Of a stretch of DNA of 64,000 bases, positions 1 to 10,691 are shown piece by piece. The notes under the pieces were generated by a model. It worked only from the letters and a program-made list of their open reading frames with translations. It searched no databases and was not told the DNA's origin. The stretch lies in IMG/VR virus record IMGVR_UViG_3300042375_000779; one strand, given 5' to 3'. Positions within the stretch are counted from its first letter, which is position 1. The number at the start of each line of letters is the position of its first letter. Origin of the DNA: an uncultured virus (IMG/VR IMGVR_UViG_3300042375_000779) (lineage: Duplodnaviria; Heunggongvirae; Uroviricota; Caudoviricetes). A program made the position numbers and the translations under genes.

Positions 1-2
1 CT

Positions 3-1706
3 TATGATGGTTCGAACAACCAACTATTGGAATGGAAACGTAAATTTAAGGACGTTAAAAATTTTAAATTAACAAGACCTCAGGCTGAATATGTTATAAA
101 ATATAAAGAAACAACTCCAAAGGTTGCAAGAAAATATATTAATATCGTTTCAACTTTTGGTGAAAAACTACAAGAAGATAAACTATTAACAACCGCACCC
201 GAATCAATTTGGTGTGAGAAATTATTATGTGAATCAGATAAGGCGTTTCACATTTGGGGTAAAATTCTGAATCACGAACAAATGTCATCCTTTTGGTTAC
301 CAAAGGCTGCCGTGGTTCAAGAAGAGAAAAAATTGGATAGGGTGATTGATTATAGTAAGTACGACTCAAGACCTCCAATGGATCACCAAAAAATTGCAGT
401 TGAAAAGTTATTAGCAAATAACAAATTCATATTGGCGGATGATATGGGTCTTGGTAAAACAACATCCGCAGTAATCGCGTCGTTAGAAAGTAAAGCAAGA
501 AAAATACTTATAGTGTGTCCCGCATCTTTAAAAATAAATTGGGAGAGGGAAATAAGAAACTATTCAAATAGAAAAGTTTTAATTGTCGAAGGACGTAAAT
601 GGGGATCAACGTATGACTACTATATTATTAATTATGATATTATTAAGAACTACCACACCACAGACAAGAGTGAGGATAGTGACGATTATAAATTATTGGT
701 TAATGCCAATTTTGACTTGGCAATCGTAGATGAAGCACATTATATCTCTAACGCTACCGCAAATAGAACTCGACTATTAAATGATGTTCTTGAAACTATA
801 CCCAAAGTATGGTTATTAACAGGAACACCAATGACCTCAAGACCTATTAACTATTTTAATCTATTAAAGATTGTTGAATCACCATTAACATTAAATTGGC
901 AATCATATGTTCGTAGATACTGTAAAGGATATCAATTCAACGTTGGTAATCGTAGAGTATGGAACACGAGTGGAGCATCTAATTTAGATGAACTTCGTGA
1001 ACGAACGAAAAATCTTGTTTTACGTAGAATGAAAACAGATATTCTTGATTTACCTGAAAAAATTGTAACACCAGTGTTTGTTGAATTAACAAGCAAGATG
1101 TATGATGAGGAATTAGAAGAGTTTACACGTATTAGTACCGACAAAAAGGATAACGAAACTATAAGTGTAACACTTAATCGTTTGATGAAGATTAGACAAC
1201 TCATTGCGTATGAAAAGATTCCTTATACTTGTGAACTAATTGATAAATGTTTAGAACAAGGTAAGAAGGTAATCGTTTTTACCAACTTTACAATGAGTCT
1301 TGATATGATTCACGAGAAATATAAAAAGAACTCCGTTACTCTTGATGGTCGTATGAATAAAGATAAGAGACAAGAGAACGTTGATAGGTTTCAAACTGAT
1401 GATAAAATAAAAGTGTTTATTGGTAACATTAAAGCTGCGGGTGTTGGTATTACATTAACCGCCGCTGAGGTTGTTATTATGAATGACTTATCATTTGTTC
1501 CTGCAGACCACTCTCAAGGAGAAGATAGGGCTTATAGATATGGACAAAAAAATAGTGTTCTCGTATACTATCCTGTATTTGAGAACACCGTTGAAAAAAT
1601 TATCTATAATATCTTACAAAAGAAGAAAAATATTATTGACCAAGTAATGGGAGATGGAGAATATTCCGAATCGTTTAGTAAAGATTTACTTAAACATCTC
1701 TTTTAA
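3..1706 (+). CDS. SNF2-family (SMARCAL1/HARP-like) helicase; 5' end lies outside the window
   Basis: LADDMGLGKT (motif I), IVDEAH (II), LTGTP (III), QGEDRAYRYGQ (VI). The frame is open from base 3, so the track's TTG start at 27 is probably internal. Confidence 0.9.
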   Translation, partial: YDGSNNQLLEWKRKFKDVKNFKLTRPQAEYVIKYKETTPKVARKYINIVSTFGEKLQEDKLLTTAPESIWCEKLLCESDKAFHIWGKILNHEQMSSFWLPKAAVVQEEKKLDRVIDYSKYDSRPPMDHQKIAVEKLLANNKFILADDMGLGKTTSAVIASLESKARKILIVCPASLKINWEREIRNYSNRKVLIVEGRKWGSTYDYYIINYDIIKNYHTTDKSEDSDDYKLLVNANFDLAIVDEAHYISNATANRTRLLNDVLETIPKVWLLTGTPMTSRPINYFNLLKIVESPLTLNWQSYVRRYCKGYQFNVGNRRVWNTSGASNLDELRERTKNLVLRRMKTDILDLPEKIVTPVFVELTSKMYDEELEEFTRISTDKKDNETISVTLNRLMKIRQLIAYEKIPYTCELIDKCLEQGKKVIVFTNFTMSLDMIHEKYKKNSVTLDGRMNKDKRQENVDRFQTDDKIKVFIGNIKAAGVGITLTAAEVVIMNDLSFVPADHSQGEDRAYRYGQKNSVLVYYPVFENTVEKIIYNILQKKKNIIDQVMGDGEYSESFSKDLLKHLF

Positions 1707-2708
1707 TTTATCTAACATTTCTATTGAATCCTTTTCTAATGAATTATCTTCATAGTCACTGAAATTGATAGTTAATGTTTTATTTTCTTCATCTAACTTA
1801 ATGTAGTTTGACTCTTCTTCTTTTTTAATTTGAAATTGGATGTTATTCTCACCACAAATTTTCATTAAGTCGGTTAAGTTTTCGGGCATTGGCATATTTT
1901 CTTGTATTTTAAATTTTATATCATCAACAGGGACAATAATACTTTTATCTTTCCTACCTATTTGGTCTGTATTTTTAAACATAATAAACGAAGATGGCTT
2001 ATCACCATACTTTGTTTGTGTGTAGATATAGTGGTCACATCTATCGTATTTTAAATCATTAGTGGAACCATTTATATAATACTTCCCACCGTAATTTTTA
2101 TCTGTATATCTACCACCTTTTACTTGAATCCTAATTATTGAATCATCCTCTAAAGTTGCTTCAATATCAATACCATCCATATCATCTTTATCACCAGTCT
2201 TAAACCCAAATTTAATATTTTTAATATTAGGATAGAATTTCTTAAGATAAATAACGGCAATTATAACTGATATATTACCTCTCTGCCAAGATTGGTTTAA
2301 TAACCCATAAATTAAATCGTAATATTTGTTTGTAATTTTTTTTGTAAAATATAGGTCGAAATTACCAATTATGAAATTCCATAATACAATTACATTCTCT
2401 CTATGATATTGAGGATTACCAAACTCCACAAAAATATTTGGATTGTCTTTTATACATTCCTCATAAAAGAATTTACACAAATTTGGGTGCGTGTTAATTC
2501 TATTTGCATCATCCCAATCCCCGTCCTCCGTTAAAATTCCTTCTTTTTCTCTAGATTGACACCACCCCCACTTTCCTATTTTACGGTATTCCATTTCAAA
2601 ATTACGTTGAGCCTCATTGAAATAAAACCCCTTAAAACCATCCCAACCTTCGTCAAACAAGGACTTAAAATCGTTATATTTTAATTTTTTGTCCATATTA
2701 TTGTACAT
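1686..2708 (-). CDS. Hypothetical protein with a PD-(D/E)XK nuclease-like motif
   Basis: 340-aa ORF; DDMDGIDIEATLEDDSIIRIQVKG resembles the D..(D/E/Q)xK core. Confidence 0.5.
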   Translation of the reverse strand: MYNNMDKKLKYNDFKSLFDEGWDGFKGFYFNEAQRNFEMEYRKIGKWGWCQSREKEGILTEDGDWDDANRINTHPNLCKFFYEECIKDNPNIFVEFGNPQYHRENVIVLWNFIIGNFDLYFTKKITNKYYDLIYGLLNQSWQRGNISVIIAVIYLKKFYPNIKNIKFGFKTGDKDDMDGIDIEATLEDDSIIRIQVKGGRYTDKNYGGKYYINGSTNDLKYDRCDHYIYTQTKYGDKPSSFIMFKNTDQIGRKDKSIIVPVDDIKFKIQENMPMPENLTDLMKICGENNIQFQIKKEEESNYIKLDEENKTLTINFSDYEDNSLEKDSIEMLDKLKEMFK

Positions 2709-2750
2709 TTTCTTTTGAAATATAAACTATTTATATGAATAAATCAAACA

Positions 2751-3860
2751 ATGAGCGCAACAATTATTTCACAACCGGAGAAGGAAAAATTATATACTCA
2801 GGTATTCCATTTGTTGGGTATGCCTGTTAGAGGTATCGAACTTACAGAGGAACAAATGGACACATTTATCGAATTATCATTATCTGAATACGAACAATAT
2901 GTAAGTGATTGGTTAATTGAGTCACAATGGTCAGCTTTAGCGGGTCTAGACGTAGATACTCAATCATTAACAAGAGCGTTTACAACTAGAAGTTTAGATT
3001 ACGAAACTCAATACTCACATTCATATTCTAAAATTGTAGGATTACAAGCTGGTGGGGATTCTGAACTTAAAAAGGATTACATTGAACTTGTTGACGGTCA
3101 ACAAATGTATTCAATTCCAGCGGGTAGAGAAATAAATGAACTTTTATGGTTTTCTCGTTCAGAATTATCTGATTCTATCATCGACCCGTTCTTAGGTGGT
3201 TTTGGTGGATTAGGAGGTATCGCAGGATCTGGTGGTTTCGCTCAAATGGCCAACGGAGGTTCATATTTTATGATGCCAGCGTTTGACTTGTTATTGAGAA
3301 TGCAAGATAGAAGTATCAAAAACCGATTAATTGGTGGTGACTTAACATACAGAATCACTGCAGGTCCAGACGGAACAAAAATTATTCACTTATATAACGT
3401 ACCAGGAGGTAGATTTGATTTCTCAAATGTTAAACGTAATTATAACGTTTGGTATTGGTATTATGACACTATGGACAGAGACACTTGTTTAGATAAAAAC
3501 AAAGATGTTGTAAAATTACCATCAGACGTTGAAACCGAACAACTTACTTGGGACGCATTAAACAAACCCGCACAAAACTGGGTTAGAAAATATTTGATAG
3601 CATTTGCTAAAGAAGGTTTAGCAAGAATTTGGGGTAAATTCTCGGGTGACTTACAAGTTCCTGATAGTTCAGTTAAATTGGACTACTCATCATTATTAAC
3701 CGAAGCCAAAGATGAAAAATCTAAATTGGTTGAAGAACTTATGGCCAGATTAGAAAGACTCCGCCCCGAAAAAATCCTAGAAAGGAAAGGTAACGAAGCG
3801 GAGAATCTTAATAAGTCTTTGAAATACAGACCAATGGTATCACCATTTAATGTAATCTAA
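2751..3860 (+). CDS. Neck/head-completion protein (T4 gp13-like)
   Basis: IELTEEQMDTFIELSL at the N-terminus and WVRKYLIAFAKEGLARIWGKFSG...LDYSSLLTEAKDEKSKL at the C-terminus match the gp13-like pattern. Confidence 0.65.
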   Translation: MSATIISQPEKEKLYTQVFHLLGMPVRGIELTEEQMDTFIELSLSEYEQYVSDWLIESQWSALAGLDVDTQSLTRAFTTRSLDYETQYSHSYSKIVGLQAGGDSELKKDYIELVDGQQMYSIPAGREINELLWFSRSELSDSIIDPFLGGFGGLGGIAGSGGFAQMANGGSYFMMPAFDLLLRMQDRSIKNRLIGGDLTYRITAGPDGTKIIHLYNVPGGRFDFSNVKRNYNVWYWYYDTMDRDTCLDKNKDVVKLPSDVETEQLTWDALNKPAQNWVRKYLIAFAKEGLARIWGKFSGDLQVPDSSVKLDYSSLLTEAKDEKSKLVEELMARLERLRPEKILERKGNEAENLNKSLKYRPMVSPFNVI

Positions 3861-6754
3861 ATTTCAATTGCGTGTAGAGCGAAATCGTTGGTATTTGATA
3901 AAATGATTTCGTCTTCATTACTTTTAATACTTTGAGCTTGGTTTTTAAGAACCTTACGATTATGGTCAACCCAATATTGGTCAACTAATTGTAAACTATC
4001 TTCCACATACATAAAATACGGATCACGACCAACTCTATTCCAAAAGATAACTTCCCCTTCAGATAAAGTCATTACTTCATCAAACTTATCCTGACCATCT
4101 TCTTTAAGTGGAAAACCGTTTACTAACTCACATTGTAATTTAGTAAAGTATTGACGATCTATTGGGTCTTCAATTAAAATATCCTCACGAATTGAAGGGT
4201 TAAAGGCAACCAATAATGGTTCCACTCTTTTATTAAAGTTTGTTAAATAACGAGGAACATTATAGTCCCCTCTTAAATCGGGATTATCTACAATATCTTT
4301 TTCTGGAATCATATAACAGTTAACTTGAACATAATCACTTGGCATTGATTCACCGTGCTTATCAATATACTCCTGTTGTTGTTTCTTAGTTGGTTTATTA
4401 ATTTTAGTTACATCACCAGATGATTTTTTATCACCATTATTAATGTAATAAATTGTATCACCTAAACCTGCGGAGTGGTTATTTTGTAATATCAACTCCA
4501 TATGTGCTTGACGTGACATTAATGAACCCGCCTTTGTTGTCTTTTGTATGTGTTTTTTATAATCGTTAATAGATTGTTTAACACGAGCCTTGTTTGCTAT
4601 TTTTGATAATGGAATTTCTTTATTATAAATCTTTTCCACATAATCATAATACAATTCTACGAACGACAATCCATCACCATTTAACAAATATTTTAATCCT
4701 TCATCTAAGAATTCTACAACATATGTTTGTAGTTTTTTAGATTTAATTGTGTTACCTGTTAATTTAATTTTCTCTTTACCCTTCTTAATCAACTTAATAA
4801 TATAATTCTTACGAGATACGTTGATACAAGCAGGTGCTGTGTAATCAATATCTAATCCCATTTCATTTCTCATAAAGATATCATTGAATTCAGCGGTGTC
4901 AGCTTCAATTCCGTGATATTCTTTACCTTCAATTACTAATTCATTTAAACCTTTACCAATATAAACAGAATCTTTAGCGGTTTCAGGCGTTTCAAAGTTA
5001 ACACCATCCGTATCCATTACAAGAGGTTTATATCCTTTTTTCATATAGAACATAATCATCATTCTTAAACACTGACGACCAATACAGGTAATGGTTTCAC
5101 CTGAATTCATTTCACCCCAAGGGAATACGTGAGGTGCGGATAAACTACCGAAATATGCATTAATAAAAATCTTAATTGGTAATTGTTTACGGTCATACAT
5201 TTCCGATAATATAGGATCACTGTCTTTTAATTCACCAGCGAGAAGTTTATATTTAATACGAATATTACGGAAATATTTTAACATTGATTTTTGTACCCCC
5301 ATAATATCACAATCAGGGAATACATCATATACAAGTTGAATAGATGGATAAAGTGACGAGTAGTCAAACTTAACAATGTTCCTTGCGTATCCTACATTTA
5401 ATAAACGAGATAATCCTCCCGTAAATGCACGTTTCTCATCTTTAGATGGAATGGCTAATTTATTTTCATATGACCACGCTAACATTATTAATTTCCATAA
5501 TGTTGCAGTACCCATTGTTGCTGCTCTTTCATATGTCGTTGGTACTAATTTAGAAAGTAAGAACGTTGATTGAGAGAAACTATCATCTACGACCATAGTT
5601 TCATACAAGTCATCATCGAGATATTGTTCTACAATTTTTCTTCCCGTCCATATTTCAAACTTACCTGGATATTTTTCCAATAAACCATCAGTACCGGGTT
5701 CCCCAATTTGTTTATATCCACCTGTCTTTGGATTAACATAGTAACTCTCATTCTCTAAATAAATTTTAGAAATTTTACCACCATCCACATAGATACGATT
5801 TTCTTTTTCTTTCTCTAAGTAAGTGGTGATGTATTTCAATCCCCAAGATTTAATTTCAGAATTAATTGCCTGAGCTCTACGTACTGCGTGTGCAATGTCA
5901 ATAATATTGAACCCCCATATAACGTGTTGTTTATATGTTTCTATTTCGTTAGCTAATTTCAACATACCCTCTTTCTCTTTCATCCCTTGTTTAGTGAATA
6001 TCTGAGTGAGTCCATTGACATCAACACCAAGTATTTCAGCTCTTTTTAATATAAAGGGCCAGTCAAAAAACGCTGAGTTATATCCACTAACGATTGTTGG
6101 TTTTAAATCTTTAATATATTTGAAAAATCTTTCAATACAATTCTTTTCACCGTCTTCACCAAATGCCGCAATTGTTTCATTTAAACCACGATTATCTTTA
6201 ACCCCGATTAATATGATAACACAAGTTTCAGGGTCAAGACCAGTGGTCTCAATATCAAATACAAATCTATTAACACCACTATATTCATCAATACCTTTAA
6301 ATAATCTTTTCTTTGTTTGAACAAGGTATTGTTCTACCGGAGTTAAAATTATAAAATTCTGTCTAGTTGTTTCACCCCAAGGATCAAGTCCACCCTCTTT
6401 AAAGAAAGAAACTAAACTCGTATAACTTTTTAGACTCTTAACCAAATACTTTAATCCATTCTCAAGTCTGACATTATCGCCGGTCTCTAATTTTTCAATA
6501 AGAATACCGTGTTTAGTCATTGCCTTCTTTTGATCGGTCTTGGAGTCATTGTAAAATCCCAACCCAATCAAGTCACCTACCCATAAAAATGGTGTAAAAC
6601 TATCAGGTTTAACAATTTTACCCAATTCAGGGTCTTGAATAATTTTGTAGATTTTGTTGGTTGGATAATCATACTCGACACCAACAATGAATTCTTCGGG
6701 GTCTGCCCCGTTCAGGAAACTCTCGATGATTTCCTGTGAGATAACTTCTTTCAT
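3857..6754 (-). CDS. Family B DNA polymerase with 3'-5' exonuclease domain
   Basis: FDIETTG (ExoI), GYNSAFFDWPF (ExoII), DYSSLYPSI (motif A), KIFINAYFG (B), MDTDG (C). Confidence 0.95.
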   Translation of the reverse strand: MKEVISQEIIESFLNGADPEEFIVGVEYDYPTNKIYKIIQDPELGKIVKPDSFTPFLWVGDLIGLGFYNDSKTDQKKAMTKHGILIEKLETGDNVRLENGLKYLVKSLKSYTSLVSFFKEGGLDPWGETTRQNFIILTPVEQYLVQTKKRLFKGIDEYSGVNRFVFDIETTGLDPETCVIILIGVKDNRGLNETIAAFGEDGEKNCIERFFKYIKDLKPTIVSGYNSAFFDWPFILKRAEILGVDVNGLTQIFTKQGMKEKEGMLKLANEIETYKQHVIWGFNIIDIAHAVRRAQAINSEIKSWGLKYITTYLEKEKENRIYVDGGKISKIYLENESYYVNPKTGGYKQIGEPGTDGLLEKYPGKFEIWTGRKIVEQYLDDDLYETMVVDDSFSQSTFLLSKLVPTTYERAATMGTATLWKLIMLAWSYENKLAIPSKDEKRAFTGGLSRLLNVGYARNIVKFDYSSLYPSIQLVYDVFPDCDIMGVQKSMLKYFRNIRIKYKLLAGELKDSDPILSEMYDRKQLPIKIFINAYFGSLSAPHVFPWGEMNSGETITCIGRQCLRMMIMFYMKKGYKPLVMDTDGVNFETPETAKDSVYIGKGLNELVIEGKEYHGIEADTAEFNDIFMRNEMGLDIDYTAPACINVSRKNYIIKLIKKGKEKIKLTGNTIKSKKLQTYVVEFLDEGLKYLLNGDGLSFVELYYDYVEKIYNKEIPLSKIANKARVKQSINDYKKHIQKTTKAGSLMSRQAHMELILQNNHSAGLGDTIYYINNGDKKSSGDVTKINKPTKKQQQEYIDKHGESMPSDYVQVNCYMIPEKDIVDNPDLRGDYNVPRYLTNFNKRVEPLLVAFNPSIREDILIEDPIDRQYFTKLQCELVNGFPLKEDGQDKFDEVMTLSEGEVIFWNRVGRDPYFMYVEDSLQLVDQYWVDHNRKVLKNQAQSIKSNEDEIILSNTNDFALHAIEI

Positions 6755-6840
6755 TATTTTATATTTTGTGACGTATTATCTTGTGAAGAATTCACAATTT
6801 GTCTTGTTCAATACAAATATAACAAAAAAAGGTTAGTTTA

Positions 6841-7209
6841 TCAAATTACGTTGATAAATAATTTTTCGGAAATTGGGGTAATTAACTTTGTTGTTGGGTT
6901 ACTATTGGTATCTAAGAATTGTACACTAATAATTCCCTCGAAACGACCTTTAACTGACGTACCCTCTTCTGTAAAACGATAGGTAATGTAGTATTCGTCA
7001 GTTGTTTGGTCATACTTTTTGGTCCTTGTTGTTAATATACAAGAACCGTTTAAAATATGATATTCTTCCGTTGTAACATCAAACATTTCAAATGTAATGT
7101 CTGAATTCTCTAGCATATCATTAAAGGACGACTTGTCGTTTTTACCGTCATCAATCAATCTCATTTTAAGGATTGGTTCTGTTGCTCCTTGTCTTATAAA
7201 AAATTCCAT
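6841..7209 (-). CDS. Putative virion protein (BppU N-terminal-like)
   Basis: FFIRQGATEPILKMRL...YRFTEEGT...GRFEG pattern. Confidence 0.4.
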   Translation of the reverse strand: MEFFIRQGATEPILKMRLIDDGKNDKSSFNDMLENSDITFEMFDVTTEEYHILNGSCILTTRTKKYDQTTDEYYITYRFTEEGTSVKGRFEGIISVQFLDTNSNPTTKLITPISEKLFINVI

Positions 7210-7229
7210 ATGTTATAAATAGTTTAAAC

Positions 7230-8738
7230 TTATATAGGTGTCGGTGTAGGCGTTATAGTTGGTGTACTAGTCGGTAAAGGTGTTGGTGTATTAGTGGAAG
7301 TGGTGGTTGATGTAGGAGTTGGTGTTGGGGTACTAGTTGCTATTGGTGTAGGTGTTGGTGTAATAGTCATACCTGAAACATTATCATAACACACATCTCC
7401 ACATATTGAAAAATCATAGTTATTTAATCTCATTAAAAAATTATGTCTAACGTGAACAAAATCTAACGGTTCCTCATAATATTTTATTGATTTCATATTA
7501 AAACAACAAACACCATTGTGAATGTTATTCATTAATCCTGTTCCCCCACCCCAAGATTGTATAAACGGTTGAACCCCTCTTTCAGATGGTATAACCTCCT
7601 CCCAATTTTCTAATTTGTAAATTGGTCGTCCATTAATGTATATTTTTAATATCCCCAACCTTCTTTGTTGTTCGTCTGCCCATTGTTTGGATAATACTTC
7701 ATTTTCATCCCAAATCGCTAGTTGAGTTGACGTAACCGCAGTATAAACAATATCTTGATATGGGTTAATTCTATAACCTATCATATCATTCCAACCACCA
7801 TCATTCTCTAAATTACAATCGGTATATCTTTTATAACGGTCAAAAACAATTGTAACATTAAAGTCTTTTACGGGGTCTATTGTACATAATTGAGGTGTTT
7901 GTCCACTAGCAACGTAAAAACTTTCTTGGTATGTACTAGTTCCACAATAACCAGAATAGTGATGTGCAACCCATTTAATTCTTCTATCTGAGGTAAACTG
8001 AAAAGAAAGATTGTTATCGGCGTAGTCATATGTATCGTTTTCACCTCTTACTCCAATATAGTAAAATGTACTACCCGCACTCCAAGGAAGATTATTTCTA
8101 TTAAAGATAAAATCCAAAGTCCAACCTTTTTCTGTTCTTCTTTTTAATATTGGAGAACAATTGTCGGTTCCTAAACCTTCATTAAATTTAAATGCCCAAG
8201 GTTTTGTACCAATTCTTGGCGATTGAGGACAACAAGCTAATGGATTGATAATATTTTTTCTACAATTATAAACGTTTGTTGTAAATCCAGAAATAAGTTG
8301 AGATTCAGTATATCCCGTTAAAATAGAGGACGTTATCCCAGTTTGATTATATCCTAAAATTTTAAAATAATGGGTTTCATTATTAATAAGTGTAAATTTA
8401 AATATATTATTGTCTAAAATTGTATAAGTAAATCCCGTTCCAAAACGTGATACAAAATTATTATATGGCAATGTCATTGATAATCCAGAATATATGTAAG
8501 AACTTAATAAATCACTTACATTATCCTCAATAAGTCGAATTGTTGACTTTACGCAGTCAAAATTAGTCAAGTTGGTGTTAATTGTTAGACCCGTATATGT
8601 TATAGGGGTGGTTAAATCTAAGACATCTTTGTTATAGTCGTCATCCAATTTGGTCATTTCGTAGTCGTAATACTCCGAACTATCCAACCTAACGTCTAAC
8701 TTTGTACCATAAAAATTTAAAATATTTTGAGTATTCAT
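7230..8738 (-). CDS. Putative virion structural protein (LamG-like beta-sandwich) with a Pro/Thr-rich tail
   Basis: Beta-rich ORF with LKIYINGRP and a C-terminal TPTPT repeat. Start moved to MNTQN (8738) because the promoter motif lies at 8744-8751. Confidence 0.5.
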   Translation of the reverse strand: MNTQNILNFYGTKLDVRLDSSEYYDYEMTKLDDDYNKDVLDLTTPITYTGLTINTNLTNFDCVKSTIRLIEDNVSDLLSSYIYSGLSMTLPYNNFVSRFGTGFTYTILDNNIFKFTLINNETHYFKILGYNQTGITSSILTGYTESQLISGFTTNVYNCRKNIINPLACCPQSPRIGTKPWAFKFNEGLGTDNCSPILKRRTEKGWTLDFIFNRNNLPWSAGSTFYYIGVRGENDTYDYADNNLSFQFTSDRRIKWVAHHYSGYCGTSTYQESFYVASGQTPQLCTIDPVKDFNVTIVFDRYKRYTDCNLENDGGWNDMIGYRINPYQDIVYTAVTSTQLAIWDENEVLSKQWADEQQRRLGILKIYINGRPIYKLENWEEVIPSERGVQPFIQSWGGGTGLMNNIHNGVCCFNMKSIKYYEEPLDFVHVRHNFLMRLNNYDFSICGDVCYDNVSGMTITPTPTPIATSTPTPTPTSTTTSTNTPTPLPTSTPTITPTPTPI

Positions 8739-8792
8739 ACGTTTATAAATATCTTTCATAAGATTTGATATTTATATAAAAAGTGTATTTAG

Positions 8793-9542
8793 ATGAATAA
8801 TTTTATAAAACAGGTAATTGAAGAGAAATTTGCTTCAAAAGCACAACAAAGATTCTTCTTTGCTAAGGCTAATGAGAAGGATAAACCTAAGAAAGAAAAG
8901 AAGAAATGGGGTAAATGGGCTAAAGAATTCTCTGACGACACGGATTATGATAAAATACCTAATAAGGTAGAAAAAAAGGAAGTTGAGACCGAAGTTGATG
9001 AAATAGTTGACGCAAAAGGAAACATTCAAAGAAGTAAGAAAAATCCAGTTGGGGCTGCTAAGGGAATAACTCAAAAGAAAACAACTGATCAGGTGGCGAA
9101 AACAGGTACGGGTCAAATGGGTTCGTTTGGTGGTGCAGGTGCTCAACCATATAGAAGATATTGGGGTGAATCAGATATGAGTAAAGCTCTTGGGTATGAA
9201 AAAACTTTAGGACAAGACGCCGACTTAGAAGATGCTGAGGAATATTTTGAAAAAGAATTAGGAATGGATGGTAGTGAGGCTGAAGATAGATTAAGTGCTA
9301 TTGGATACGACCCAAAACTTCCAGAAGATAAAGTTAGGTTAGTTGAAAATCCAAAAAAATTCATTGAGGAATATATTGAATCTTTAATGGGTAAAAAATC
9401 CAATGAGAATGATATTGTGACAAATGATGTCAAAGAAATTAGTCCAATCGTAAAAAAACAAATTAAATCATTAAAAAATACAATGGATAGTCACAACTTA
9501 TCTATTGAGGATTTAATCAAACATCTTAAAGATAATGAATAA
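8793..9542 (+). CDS. Hypothetical protein, probably head-associated
   Basis: 249-aa ORF starting IKQVIEEKFASKAQQRFF; follows the TATTTATA motif. Confidence 0.55.
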   Translation: MNNFIKQVIEEKFASKAQQRFFFAKANEKDKPKKEKKKWGKWAKEFSDDTDYDKIPNKVEKKEVETEVDEIVDAKGNIQRSKKNPVGAAKGITQKKTTDQVAKTGTGQMGSFGGAGAQPYRRYWGESDMSKALGYEKTLGQDADLEDAEEYFEKELGMDGSEAEDRLSAIGYDPKLPEDKVRLVENPKKFIEEYIESLMGKKSNENDIVTNDVKEISPIVKKQIKSLKNTMDSHNLSIEDLIKHLKDNE

Positions 9543-10029
9543 AGAATTAAAAGGTAGAATTTTTGATGTACCACAAAATATCTTAGATAAGATTAATCAC
9601 ACAATAGTTAGTCTTAATGGAGAACACGCACGTGGTATTGATAGAGCTAAAAAAATTCTTAATGACAAAAAAGTAAAATACGGTCAATTAAAGTCAATAA
9701 TTCACGACCTTAAGACTATAGATAAAGTTCAAGATAAATTAAAATACGACTTATGTGGTGGTGATTTAATGGAAAAATGGGCAAACCAACATTTACAAGG
9801 TGAAAGAGATTTAGTAAGTAACATTAAAGATGGTAGAAAACGTGCTGACGATATTTCGTCAATGACGGGAGAGAGAAGAAATAGTCACTTAAAAAAACAC
9901 ACTAAAAAGGCAGGATGGTTACCACCAACTAACCTTATTAAAAGTAATTCACATAAAAACTCAATATCATCAATCAAATTAACGGGATTATTTGAGGAAG
10001 TTGAAAGAATTAAAAAATTAATGGAATAA
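9535..10029 (+). CDS. Hypothetical protein
   Basis: 164 aa, coupled to the upstream ORF; ends EEVERIKKLME. Confidence 0.6.
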   Translation: MNKELKGRIFDVPQNILDKINHTIVSLNGEHARGIDRAKKILNDKKVKYGQLKSIIHDLKTIDKVQDKLKYDLCGGDLMEKWANQHLQGERDLVSNIKDGRKRADDISSMTGERRNSHLKKHTKKAGWLPPTNLIKSNSHKNSISSIKLTGLFEEVERIKKLME

Positions 10030-10030
10030 T

Positions 10031-10690
10031 ATGGCAACACAATTAGAAACACTATCCGAAAAATTTAGAAAAGATTTATTAACTAGAAATTCGTATAACG
10101 ATAATGGTCAATATAGTTCTAACCATAAGAATGCGATGTCTGATGGAGATGAAAAGGGTAAAGGTGAAAATAGTAATAATATTGGTTCGTCAATCGATAT
10201 TCAAAATAGGATAACTAATTTAGGTAGAAATATCTATACAGATAATAATACATATAACTCAAACAATCCCAACGCATTATCTGATGGTGATGAAAAAGGT
10301 AAGGGAGAAAGTGGTAATAGTGTCGGATCATCTGTGGATATACAAAATAGATTGGAATTATTAGGTAGAAACCAATATAAAGATAATAACGGTTACGGTA
10401 TTAATAATCTTAATGCATTATCAAACGGTGATGAAAAAGGTAAGGGAGAGTACAATAACAGTGTGGGTTCATCTGTAGATATACAAAATAGAATAGATAA
10501 CACAGCAAGGAATATTTACAATAAGGATAACGGTTATTCAAGTGTACACGTGAATGCGTTATCTAACGGTGACGATAAAGGAAAAGGTGAAAATTCTAAT
10601 AATGTTGGTTCATTAACTGATATTAACGCTAGAATAGAAACCGCGGCGAGAAACAAATACGGATTGACAAAAACATATCCAGATTTTTAA
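10031..10690 (+). CDS. Protein with four 47-aa tandem repeats
   Basis: Repeat unit RNxY...NALS(D/N)GD(E/D)KGKGE..NxVGSSxDIQNR. Confidence 0.75.
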   Translation: MATQLETLSEKFRKDLLTRNSYNDNGQYSSNHKNAMSDGDEKGKGENSNNIGSSIDIQNRITNLGRNIYTDNNTYNSNNPNALSDGDEKGKGESGNSVGSSVDIQNRLELLGRNQYKDNNGYGINNLNALSNGDEKGKGEYNNSVGSSVDIQNRIDNTARNIYNKDNGYSSVHVNALSNGDDKGKGENSNNVGSLTDINARIETAARNKYGLTKTYPDF

Positions 10691-10691
10691 T

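Noticed and set aside
10031..10690. Curlin (CsgA-like) substrate for the CsgG-like proteins
   Set aside because: No signal peptide, a 47-aa rather than ~22-aa period, no curlin Q/N spacing, and 35 kb from the island
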